NCBI GenBank assembly: GCA_051362555.1
Contig: CM120640.1
Location: 31,701,967 to 31,765,966, forward strand
DNA: 64,000 nt
Source of the DNA: Lingula anatina
Taxonomy: Eukaryota > Animalia > Brachiopoda
Direction: 5' to 3'
Shown here: one piece after another, positions 52,162 to 64,000 of the stretch
How the letters are laid out: every line of letters starts with the position of its first letter
Position numbering within the stretch: position 1 is the first letter of the stretch
Notes under the pieces: generated by a model
Told to the model about the DNA's origin: nothing
Database searches by the model: none
What the model saw: only the letters and a program-made list of their open reading frames with translations
Program-made: the position numbers and the translations under genes

Positions 52162-55100
52162 TATCAAAACAAGCACCAACCTGACTTTCTCCTTTCTTAT
52201 ATTCTAATGAGCAGTCTAATAAAACTATCCTGGGATTTTCAATTCGTCTGCAATGAGAAAAAAATATATATATATACAACAGTGTAATACTGGTGGCTGA
52301 CAACTCTTACACTCAAAATCAAATGCACCACTGTGATAAAAACAATACAAAAGAACCTTTAGAAAGATTAATTTTTTTCAGAGGCACATTAGGATTAAAA
52401 AAATTCATGTAACTATGCCAATATGACTTCCAGCTGCCAAGCAAAAAAAAAAAAAGGTCCCATTAAAATGGAAAGCTAACGGGAAGTTTTAAAAAATAAC
52501 AAGCCATAAGTCATTTAGATTACTATTTGTCTTTGCCCTCAAATACAGAAAGACAAGGGTGATTGCAAAAAATATGCAACAAGTGATCCTTTGTTGTTCA
52601 CCAAAACACCTAGCAACACCAAGCCTTTTTCAACACAAACAGTGTTGTACTGCAGACCAAAGAGCATTTTCTCCTCAGCTGAAAAGTTAAGATGAAGTGT
52701 GCTGCGGTAATAGCTGTAGTTCTAGCTATGGCATGTGTAGGTTAGTATTTAGTGTCTCTTCATTTATGTATAATTACATGGTATCAGTTTCTTAATGCAG
52801 ATCAATCAGCATTTGGGTTCATTTGCTTAAAATAATGTATGCATTAATTTCTTACATTCAAAGCTGAAAACTCCAACTGCATTAAACATTTAATATACTA
52901 CAAAATAGGTTTTTCATCACCACTTGCGTAATGAAAGAATTAAAGCAAATTGTTTCTCAAGATATCTACCTAATGTAACCCTTTGATGAAACGTGGAAAC
53001 TCCATTCTCATATGTAGAAAATGTGTTTAATCTCATTAGAATCAATTCACTTATTTCAACATTTGGTGTGCAGTTTTAGTGATACCTGAACCAATTTTAA
53101 AGAACTGGCAGCTTTTGCACAATAACTGAGAATATCATTCTAGTTTCAGGATCTACAGGGAAATTTTTCCCCGGTGTGACCTGACTGTATCATTGTAATT
53201 AATTCTTCCTTAGGTCTAGCAGTCAACTGTTACATTTGCTCTGCCGTTGGTTGTGGAGAAGAAATAGATCCCACTTCAAGTTTAGTCACCATAAGATACT
53301 GCACCCATGGTTGTTTTAAAACTAAAGTTATTGCTGGGAGTGGATCTTTAAGTAAGGCATATAATTGATTCTTTTTGGTCATAATGGTAATACAATAAAT
53401 GGAGCATGTATGACCTCAAATCGCTATGTATCTGAACATTCTCATTGCATTCCATAACTGCAACTGAGTGAAAAAAGCAATTTGACTTTATCAAGAAAAA
53501 ACATTCATAATTGACTTTAAAAACCAATGATATCTAATTGTCAAATAATTATCTGATTAAACGTATCTACTTTCAGGTTGTGACAACTTGCTCTAGATGA
53601 CAACCTATTCCATTTAATTTCTCTTGACTTTCAGGTATGACATCCTATGTTCGAGGTTGTAACCAATCTCCTAAAAGTGCCGGCTGCAGCAAGAACTACA
53701 ATGCAAGTGCTGGGATAGCCACTGTCAGTGGCACCACTTGTTTCTGCACCACAGACCTCTGCAATGCAGGTTCATCTGTGACTGCCACACCATCTATGAT
53801 CTACGTGTACATATTGTGTACAGCAAAATTTGTCTTTTTAGCTTTAAACTGACTATGGGCTTTGATGGCATGAGCTGTAAATAGTGTGCAAGGCTAATTA
53901 TTTTTAAGCTAATTTTAAAAACGTATGGTTGCCCACAAGATAGAAAATGCACAGCTTTTTAACTGAATAAAAACATATAAAAATCCTACCTCTTCATCTT
54001 TGGGTGAGTAACATCCTTGTTGAGCATCACACCCTTGAGTACTGTGGATTCTTCAATTGTGCCACCTGGGACCTACACAAATAACAGCAATACACAATTA
54101 CTATGTTTCAAAATCTTTAGTAAAGATATAACTTAGTTCTTTTAAGTACAGTTAGCAATTTCTTTCAGAAAAAGGTATTTGGATAATGAAAAACAAAAAA
54201 AACAAAAAAAAAAAAAAAAAAAAAAAAAATACCCACACAGATGTAATGCAATGTGGAAAACATTACATGAAAACAACGGAGTATCCACTAATATACTGTG
54301 TGATACATACAAAAATACAAGCTTTTTTTTTAGTATAATAGTAAAATAATTAATTTAATTGAGATAATCACAACTACCACTTGCCACTTACAAGAGAAAT
54401 TCTGTCACGTGATCAGTTATGTTTTTTGTGAACGTATGGTTGACGATCATTTCGTATATAATTTTCCAAATTGTGTATTCTTTTCTATTTATGAACACTA
54501 AATCAATCCTTTTATCCATTGTATTACCTTTGGATGACTTAATTTTACAAAAAGTCTTCAGTTATTTAACTAATAACCATTTGAAAAATTCAATGTGGCA
54601 ATGATTTTTCTAATATTGGCAAAAACCACAACCATTTTTATTAACTTTTACATACTCCCATCTCCTTTTAAGTCTATTCATGTGAGAGGAAACTTTTTCT
54701 ACTTTTCCTTTCCACCTTACCTTTTCCACTTTGGCATAGCGTTTAATGTCAATTTCTCTCCTTCCATTTTCTTCAAGAGCCACACATGCTGTAGCATCTA
54801 GTGCTATTTCACAAGCTAAATTGGACCTATTTAGATAAAACAAAAGCTATCAGAGGGGGAGGGGAATAAAGTAAATGTTATCACAATGAGCACAGCCTTT
54901 TTCGATCATTACCTGTTATGACAAAATATGTATTACAGAGTTTCTTATTAATGAAAATTGAATCAGAGAGACTGAATTTCAATTATAAGTAAATTGCACT
55001 TAAGCTTTAAGAAAGCCTTGACAGAACATTGCTATCTTACCATTTCTTAAGAAACTTGGTCCCTATGCAGCTCTGTACAATCTTCATCATTTCAGCCCTG

Positions 55101-58100
55101 TTACTTATGTCTACTGGAACACTGAAAATTAAAAGCAAACAAACCCAAAATTAAAATAAACCTAGTTTTAAACATTTTGGAGATTTGTATGATTATTTCT
55201 TGAAATTCAATATAACAAATGCCAAGAACCTACGGAATTTTACATAACAATTCAGCAGATTTATATAGCTAACTCCTCCTGTCGCATTTTTTAAAACTTG
55301 CCTAGCTTTTTCCCTTAGAATCTCCACCATATCCTCCAGGGCCTGTCTGAAGGCCGATATTATGATGGTCGGGTGCATTTCTTGCAGGAGGAATGGCTCA
55401 GCAACTGCTAGCATTTCACCAGCTAAAAAGAGGACAAGAAAGAAAAATAAGAAAATAATCAAAAATACACATTTTTGAAAATGTTGGCAACAGACAAAAA
55501 GAGCCCTTCCAAAGTAACTCTTTACTGATCTTCTATCTTATTTGATTCAGAAAAATTTACAAGTTTTACCTAAGATATCTTTCTGAATTTATAAAAATCT
55601 CTGAAGGACAAGAGTTTTATGAAGATGTTGCAGCAAGAAGTGCAGTGGCATTTGCTTAAGTAAACTTCCTCATTCACTCACCCAATATGATGACTGATGT
55701 GGTCCCGTCTCCCACCTCCTCATCCTGTGTGCGGGCAATCTCAATCATGGACTTGGCTGCAGGATGCTGTACAGTGATCTGAAAGCACCACAGACAAAAC
55801 CAAGAATTAATGACATAATGAAGTAAGCCTGAAGGCACTTCAGTGGCACTTTATTAAATAATATTTAACACTCAATCTACAGCCATTGATCAGGACTCAT
55901 GTAACCTGAAAGTCCCCGTCTTACCTCTCTCAGGATTGCATTTCCATCATTTGTCATTACAATGCCTCCCATGGGATCCATCAGCATCTACAGAGAAAAG
56001 AAAGAATTATATCTTTGACTGAATTAAGTAGAATAATGTGCTGAGATATCTGGGAAACGGTTGCATTTCAAGGCCCAACTGAATTACAAATCCATCAGGT
56101 GTTCAAGGTGACACAAAGGCGCAATGGAAATCGGTATTTCTCTAACCATTTTGTTTCTGTATTCTTCACCTTCTATTAAACCTAGCAAAGTCAGTTCAAA
56201 AGTTACAAAAATTATGTAATAGGCATCTGTGGAATTGTGCAGTTATGTTTTGAGTAAAACAGAAATGCCTCATCATAAGTTTTCTTTGGTTTTTAACCAA
56301 AAATTATTTGCAAGATAAAGACCCCGTTCTCCTATTTGACCTAACAAGAAAGTAACTGAGAAAAGAGACACAAAAACCAGAACAAAGCTCCCATCAATTA
56401 TGCATCATGTCACTTCATCAGATGTAAGCAAAATCAATACACAAATAGGACCCATCATTCCCAAGGCTTTCTGTTATCTCATCTCTGGCAAAGAGAGAGA
56501 CACAAACACAACTTTTGAGAATGAAACAGGAAAAAGTCGTTTTAATCAAATGTATTTGCCCACCACATCATCATCATTTATCACAGAACAGAATTTACTG
56601 CAACCCAAGTGTGGACCATCTATCAATAGAACAGCCACTTGGGATTCAATGGCTGATGAATAGACACTGCTGAATTCAGTCTCCGATATCAGTACAATAA
56701 AACCATGCTCATTGAATAAACAGCCTGTTCTGCCTTGTGCCAGCAGAAAAAAAAAAAAAAACTAAATTTGCAGGGCAAGAGGCATTCCCTTGCTACCAGA
56801 CCTTATCAATTCTTGAACAAGAGGAGAAGCACAAAAGCAATGCTGTGTGGCTGCCAGAGACGACATGAAGGTAAAGAATATTAGATAAAAATTTAATGTT
56901 TTGACTGTGTGTACTTTCTGTGGCAGGTAAAGTGACAATAATAGGATTTATTACAGCACAAATTCTGATAAATCCTACAGGGGGTTGCCAACCCATATCA
57001 TTTTTAATCTGGGGCCCAAAACCTTTTAATTATATATTCCTCTACAACTCTTATTGAAACTTGGGTTTGGGACTGACTGTAAGCTTCTTTATGATGTCTT
57101 CAATGTACAAGTGTCTGTAAGATGGAAATGATCACATTATATGTTGAACTTTGCCTAATATTCTAATTCAATGAAGTTAACAAATTGTTTGAAGAGTTCT
57201 CCTTTAAATAACATGTTTTATACTAAAATGTAAATAATAAGATTTTCTATATTTGTTTCTTTTTGTCATTATTACAGCCAAAGATAAGCAGTCTTAACTG
57301 AAATTCAATTTAAAAAATAAGATAAAACTTCAGATGCATGAATGGAAAACATCCGATTATTAAAACTTCCTTTAAAAAGAATATTTTTCAAAATGTCACT
57401 GAGAAACTGTTAAATGTCTGACCTAAAAGCATAAATGTGATGACTGCACTGCCGTATAATATATTATTGAACAGGTTTCCTAGGAAACGCATAACTACGT
57501 ATCTAAGATAATATCAGAGTTAAAAGCAGGTAACAAACTTAGATAAGGAATTTGAGCCATTAAGAATGCAAGCCTGTAGTTCTATTTTATCATCTTCTTA
57601 ATTCTCAATGCAAATTGCAAGAAATTGACAAGAAACCTGTCTACAGCACTCGATTTTTTTATCTAGATGGAACTAAAATCAGAATATTAGGGAAAAAAGA
57701 TGGGGGCATCTGTTAATCTTCTCTCTAATTACTTCCCAGTGGGTTAAAATACAATAAACTGCCAAACATGCAATGAATAGGGAGTTCTAAATGTACAATT
57801 CTCTGCTTCCTGTATTCCCTCTCACTTTTCCCACTTCCCAAGCATTTTTCTGCATAATCATCAACAATCAAATACAACCAATGATCATTTAAGTGTAGCA
57901 AGTCGATAGCTTGATTTAAAGGTTAACATCAAAAATGCACAGTTGGGAATCTTAAACAAACAAGGTTAAATCAGGTTTCAAATAAATAGGTGCTTTGTAG
58001 CATATAAAATACTGATCACAGCTTTCAAATGGTGACATATTTAGGGCATATTCATTATGAACTATTAGGTATTGTTGCAGATCAATTATTTAGGTTCTTG

Positions 58101-60108
58101 CACTGAAATGTCGATATTTATGATAACTGTACACATACTTCATGCCATTCAAACAATCCACACCAACTAGACTGGATATAAGGCACAGAGTCTGAAAATT
58201 TCCCCCTTTATTCCAATTTAAACCCCAATAAATATGAAAATTCAAGAACAAGTAATAAGGCATATTAAAATATGAGAAACTTTTTTCTGTTAGTACAGCA
58301 AAATTTCAATGACATGATATGGAACATGTATTTGTTTACATCATGAAAAAATTAAATTAAGGTGATATAAGGCAGAACGGGCAGCATGGCATACACCCGT
58401 TCAAAAAATAATTATAACAGAAATTAGGAAAGGATCAGACCAGGGAAATTAATGAACAGTTTTCCTTTCGGCCCTTTAAAATTCCTGATGTCGCAGGTTC
58501 AAATGTCCAGTGGAAATCTCCGCATATATAAAGAAAAAAATATTAATCTCATTGTTGTACTATATCTAACTAGTGTTGGGTGAGCAAAAATGTTTGGAAA
58601 TACAGCTCGCAAATAACCATACAGAAGCAGACCAATTCTAAACATGTACAGCTATCTACAAATAATGAGTGTGAAACTTATCACAACTAGTTGCGCATTT
58701 TTCCACTTGGTTAAGCCATGGATATTTCTTCAAGTAACAATTATATCAGGGTGCTACACCCAGGTGAAAAATGGTTAGACCAGTTGATAAGAAAAAGAAG
58801 AGGCCAGAGAGATTATTTAATAATGCATGGTCAGGACAACCTTGGCTTATATACAATCAAGCAGCTAATTTCAAGTGCATGTACTATTTTGCAGCACTGG
58901 GGAAATCTACATCAGACCCCAAAACTAACAGTAATGGATTCCTCACTAGAGGAAGTATGAGCTTCAGGAGATCGACTGTCAATGATCGCAAAACAAGCAA
59001 TATGCACATGTAGGGAGCCGCTGCCTTTATGGCAGTGTGCCTCTTAACGGTAACCTTAAGTCTTAGCTATGTGTCTTTTTCTTCATAATCATGACGATGT
59101 CAAACCATTGTAACTTTAATGAAGGATCAAAAGAGTGACTTCATGGTAGAAGATTTTAATATGAGAAAGTAGGCCAATACATTTCAGAGTTAATTTATTC
59201 TTCTTTCAGGGCAGAACTTTAATTGTAAACTGAAATTGCAAAACAGCTGATTCTCCTAAATAAAATTTATCATTATAACAGTCTTTGTTCTTTTGCTATT
59301 TGTCTATGCACAAACAATAGGATTAATTTAATTTTGCTCTGTTTTTGGACAGACAAGAATGCTTTGTTCTTTCTCTTTGTTCATCATTTTAAACATCAAG
59401 AGGGTCAAAATAAAATTGTTGTTACAAACAATGTTGAACTTACCTTTAACATGGCCCTGGGCCCAAGACATGTCCTTATCACATCAGCAATGGTCTAAAA
59501 TGTGAAGTTTAATTGCAATAAGGCACCTTCTATCACAACTAATAAAACAAGTTCATTTATTTATCTTTTCATATATTTCCAATAAGCAATCTATGTAACA
59601 TCTTCATCTTAATACAATCGAAACAACATTTTAACAACCTATGAAACTTTAACATATAGATGCAAATACCTAATATCGCTGAATTAGAATGTGGGCTTGA
59701 TAATGACAGTCAGACTATTACATTACCAGTCGCACTGTCAAATCGACTATTCTCACGAATTAGATTCAAATACACATTATTTCACAAAGTCATAATCAAA
59801 ACTGAGATACGAACGAGCAGGAAAGATATGAAAGATATTCGCAATGGGAGAGTTAAAAAGAAAATATATTACGATCTAAAAGTTCTAGGCGTTTCTAAGG
59901 AGCCAGCACGTGTTTGCCTAATTTACCTTCGCAGCCTTCACATTTCCGAGCTGAACTTTACGTCCTTGTTCTCTCTTTGTGTTTTGATCTGCAACGAAAC
60001 ATATAGTTAAAAGTTTGAAGAATAGAACTGAAAAATTCAATTTCGAACTTTAAGTTATAAACAATGCATACTTAGCACTAAAATCGGTGCTCCCCCTGAT
60101 CCCATCAT
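48985..60108 (-). CDS. CCT3: T-complex protein 1 subunit gamma (CCT-gamma), multi-exon
   Basis: Exons include 60108-60072 ([12 protein letters not shown]), 59988-59927, 59494-59444 ([17 protein letters not shown]), 55987-55925 ([21 protein letters not shown]), 55778-55682 ([12 protein letters not shown]), 55422-55302, 55121-55041, about 54826-54721, 54072-53990, 52247-52181 ([22 protein letters not shown]), further exons between 51903 and 49347, and the last exon 49098-48985 ([14 protein letters not shown]...APEQ*). Confidence 0.96.
52692..53852 (+). CDS. Ly6/uPAR (three-finger, quiver/sleepless-like) GPI-anchored protein, 134 aa, nested antisense in a CCT3 intron
   Basis: Exons 52692-52740 (signal [17 protein letters not shown]), 53214-53351 ([13 protein letters not shown]...CTHGCFKTK) and 53635-53852 (YVRGC...[14 protein letters not shown] plus hydrophobic tail), with phase-1 introns; AATAAA at 53966. 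Confidence 0.88.
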
Positions 60109-60123
60109 CTTCACGCTATCATC

Positions 60124-60135
60124 CAAGATGGCGGC
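60124..60135 (-). promoter_or_regulatory. YY1-type motif (GCCGCCATCTTG) in the CCT3 5' leader
   Basis: Exact match to the YY1 consensus about 15 nt upstream of the CCT3 ATG, a common position in housekeeping genes. Confidence 0.55.
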
Positions 60136-63100
60136 CGTAGAAATAATGTCAAGCTCCACAGAAGAGATGCCATCCGCAGACAAATACAAAAGGAAATAAT
60201 CTAACCTAAAGATAAATCTAAAGATATAATCTAGATTTCCCTATGAGAATATTGTTTTATTTTCCACATATGACTGGCAATAATCTGCCCATTGCTTTGA
60301 TTAGATAATTTTTCAAACATTACGGTATGCTAAGGTATTCCGTTTTTCGCAGCTTAGCCCTAATCGACTCCGTAGGGTAGCATATACTGCCCTCTATCGA
60401 CATGGATGTATTATTGAAAGAATTACACAGAGTTAGTCATGTGTACCTGGTTAAGTCCAAATGTAGGATGAGCGTACCTAGATAACGAATACTACAACAT
60501 GGAGATAGAATCTGAGAGAAGTATCTCAAGGGCTTCTGTTTCTACTAAAATGTCGACACAGCACCTAAGCGTGGTTGAGGTACTTGTGAATGGGACCACA
60601 TCCATGGGTGAGTTGGAAGTTTTAGACTACGGTTTCTGTCAAAACAAAAGTTTCCAACCTGTTGTTTTATGACCTCGTAGGCCCCCCAGTGTTATAAAAA
60701 AGGGCAGTACTTTATAAGAATTATGGTTGTTCAAATGATAACTTACTTTACTCTACAGAGGTAAATGAAAAATAGAATTGTCATTAAAACTAAAAGTTCA
60801 TAATGTTTTTTATTATATATCTTAGATCTATGATTTTATATTAATAATTAGTGTTAAAAAATACAGAAAATAAGAGTTTTACAGTATTGGGTCATTTAAG
60901 GTTATTATGATTTTTTAAAATTGAAATCGTTGCAAAGGCTCCATAGTGCTCATTGTTTTGTTTTAATCAATAGTTTACTTATGAAAATTTTTTTGATTAC
61001 TTGATTTGATTTTGATATACTTAATTGGCTTATGAATGATATAAATTCTAAATACTGAACAATGGGAAGAAAGTGGAAATTTGTAATGCTGCCAAAAGGC
61101 TCAAAACATTTAAATCCAATTGTTTTGAAGTGTCCAAGTGTCCATTTTTAGTCAATGTTTATTAAATTATATTAGGATATATATCTGTTTTTATTTATTT
61201 TTTTTTTTAATTCTTGTCTCTATTTAACATATGGTTTTTATTTCATGGTATTTAGGTTATGTTTCAGTAATGGAAACATTATCCAAACAAACTCTTTTGA
61301 TTCTTGAAATGATCATGCACTCCTAAAGATGCATATTAAGCAATTATGTGTGTCAAATTTTTGCCATAATAGTTAGAAAAATACACTGCAGAGTTTCTGA
61401 AAAATGGTATTTGCACATATATATTCTGCTTACCCTCTGTGCTTTATGCTGGGGGGGGGGGGGGGGGGGGGGATAAGAAGGCCAGTTTAAGGACTAACAT
61501 TTTTTCTTCTTTTTATGCTGCCCAAGAGATTAATCTAAATAGTTTTTTTTTTTTTTTTTTTTTTTTTTTGACACTAAAAATTTATAGAAATTTCAGACAC
61601 GTACTCTCTTTTCATACATAGCTTAAAGGAAATTATGGATAAACATTTCTAAATTGAAATGAAAATTGTCCAGGATGTATTTTGTCAAAGCCATTAACCA
61701 TAAGAATGTGACCCAGTTCCATTTAATGACCTATATCTGATGACATGAAACCCAGGAAGAATATCCTACAAGATTGCTAGCGACTAATCACATATATCCA
61801 AAATATAGTGGAGAGTGGACCATGGGGAGTAGGGTCATCGGTTTACATTAGCCTTTATGAGTCAGCTTATTCTCATACTAGTATATAAAACAGACCAGCC
61901 AACCCTCCCAACATTGTTGGGATTCTCCCAGTTTGGATATGTATCTCTCCATCTCCCAAATCAAAATAAAATTATCCCAATCTGTTAGACTTACCTCTCT
62001 TTCCCTTTGCTACAGTGTGCAGTGACTTTGTTCACGAAAATGTGCCAACACCTAACCATTGCTCTGTTAACTTCATAGACAGAGGGTAATGATTGAAGTA
62101 AACAGGAAGAAATGCCAAAGACAAAACCATGTTGGGTCTTTGTGTGAGTACCATCCTGAACATTTAGTTTAAACTGCTGATTGAATTCTTGAAACTTACA
62201 TTGAAAGACTTAATAAATTAAAATTTAACAAATTACTTACTTTGCCAATTTGATTTTTCTACGTATGTTATTTCGTGTAGTCAGAACATTTGATTATAGC
62301 AAACATTTCTAAAGAAAAAAATGAGGCGTTACTTTTGAAAGCATTAAAAAACAGTTCCATTTTAATAAAAAGTAAAAGAGTATTTTTTTTTGTTTGTATG
62401 TATAGTTGGGTGTGTATCAAGGTAGGGGATGTAGGGTGTGCTAGGCCATCTCTCTCTTTGGCAATTGTCAATGTAGACGGGTATGATAAAAGTAATAAAT
62501 TTTAGAACTATTGTCCTTGTTCATCTATTGTCTATATTGCAGGGAAGGACCCTCTAAGTATACAATGATATTCCTCATATTATTGAGGAAATAACTTAGG
62601 ATTTTCCTCATGTTGTAAATAAGCAAAGATCTGTCCCAGTGTATATACCTTTACTTTGTGAAGAATAGAGGAAACTAAGGGGCTGAATTTGAACTCAGTT
62701 TGTTTTATGGGACAATAATGCACTAGGAAGGATTTTGTTTTGCTATATTTTATAAAGGATAGCATCATTCAATAAATATTAATTTCATTATATCATTTAT
62801 TAATGTTAATGACACGCTTAATATAAACTGGACTACAAATGGCTTTTCTACATTACATAGTGAGAAGTGAATAATTTACAAAGGCTTAATGTAATCATTC
62901 ATACCTGTGATGTCATTTTAAAAGAAGACATCTTGAAAACCTCCCAAAATATAGGCCACTATTTGATTGCAAAGTCAAATTTTTGTCATGATACAGGTGT
63001 TGAGGTTTTAAAATTGCAGTCAATATCATGTCTAATTTGCAAGGCAACTACACCAAGTGACACTCTGTTGGAGGAAATAAGTATACCTGCATCTTTGTTA

Positions 63101-63150
63101 CTAATTTAAAGAGTCCTATTTTTTAAACTGTTCAGCTACATTCAGGTGAA

Positions 63151-63574
63151 CCATCGTACTAGCTGGATCGATCCAACTCTGTGGAGGATTCTCGCTAAAG
63201 TGCATTCAGTGTAATAAGCTTAATTGTCTGACATGCCTCCTCAAGTAAAAGAGTTTCCTAGAGTTGAGGAGGCGTTGCAGACAATTAAGCTAGTTACATT
63301 GGTTGCGCCTAAGGCTGTATTCCCAGAGCTTTTAGATCGATCTATCCCCGCGGGGAGTCTCACTAGATTACTTTCAGATAATCCAGCTTAAATGTCCGTC
63401 CCGCCTACTACAAGCTGTAAGGGGGTAATTAACTTTCATGTCCGCCCGGCTGACAGCTATTTAGCGTGAACCCCCAGGGAGTTAGGTTGATCTAAAGTTG
63501 ATCGATCTAATCTCTGGAAATGGGGTCTAAGAGAGAATCCCCAAATAGTTGGATCAATCCAGCTAGTACGATGG
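63151..63574. mobile_element. MITE with 28-bp near-perfect TIR core
   Basis: ccatcgtactagctggatcgatccaact (63151-63178) versus agttggatcaatccagctagtacgatgg (63547-63574), one mismatch; weaker similarity extends outward and inward. Confidence 0.8.
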
Positions 63575-64000
63575 GTTTATTTAAATGCGGTCTCGATCAG
63601 TAAACAATTATACATTTACAGTGTAGCAACTAACAAGGGCACAAGCATTGCCAAGTAGAAGCAGATTGGTAGAGAATGAAAATATTCACATTTCTCTGTG
63701 AGACCTTAAAATATAAATTAATGCTCATTGAGTTCCATCAAATTTACATCCCTAATTATATACTGTGACCACAAAATTGATCTTTTTAAGGCTTATCTAC
63801 AACATGCACAAGCAGGAACAGTAAAGCAAATCAATATTGAAGTTAATGATTTAGATCTTGGCTTTTTAGGACAGATACAGTTTTATTACAGGGTGCTTTC
63901 AATTCAGAATTCATTTCATGCGGTATGTGTACTTAAGCAGTATTAGGCCCCTATCCCATAGACACCATAGATGTTCGTAGATTGACCCAACTCAATCTGC

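Noticed and set aside
48985-60108. Intronic snoRNAs in CCT3
   Set aside because: I found no convincing C/D box pair with a terminal stem and no H/ACA structure by eye; an Infernal/Rfam scan is needed.

Overview
AT-rich, intron-containing genomic DNA from an invertebrate animal, most likely a mollusc or other lophotrochozoan (inferred from the ADEL/DUF3011-type lectin and the repeat content). I spliced six multi-exon genes by hand. Minus strand: NAGK (1853-7481), a Cys-rich somatomedin-B-like surface protein (27503-31840), a transaldolase (36081-43251) and CCT3 (48985-60108). Plus strand: a secreted two-repeat DUF3011/ADEL-like lectin (10441-11840) and a Ly6/quiver-like gene nested antisense in a CCT3 intron (52692-53852). 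The window also holds an orphan basic ORF with two SxIP motifs, a rearranged 18S rDNA pseudogene, and decayed hAT, L1/Tx1, THAP-type, Helentron-like and MITE elements. Top finding: the intact transaldolase naturally has Tyr in place of the conserved active-site Phe (ISPYVGR), the change known to give E. coli TalB (F178Y) and human TALDO1 (F189Y) fructose-6-phosphate aldolase activity. Second: NAGK has a tandemly duplicated, apparently mutually exclusive 111-nt active-site exon. All homology calls come from recalled motifs; no searches were run.
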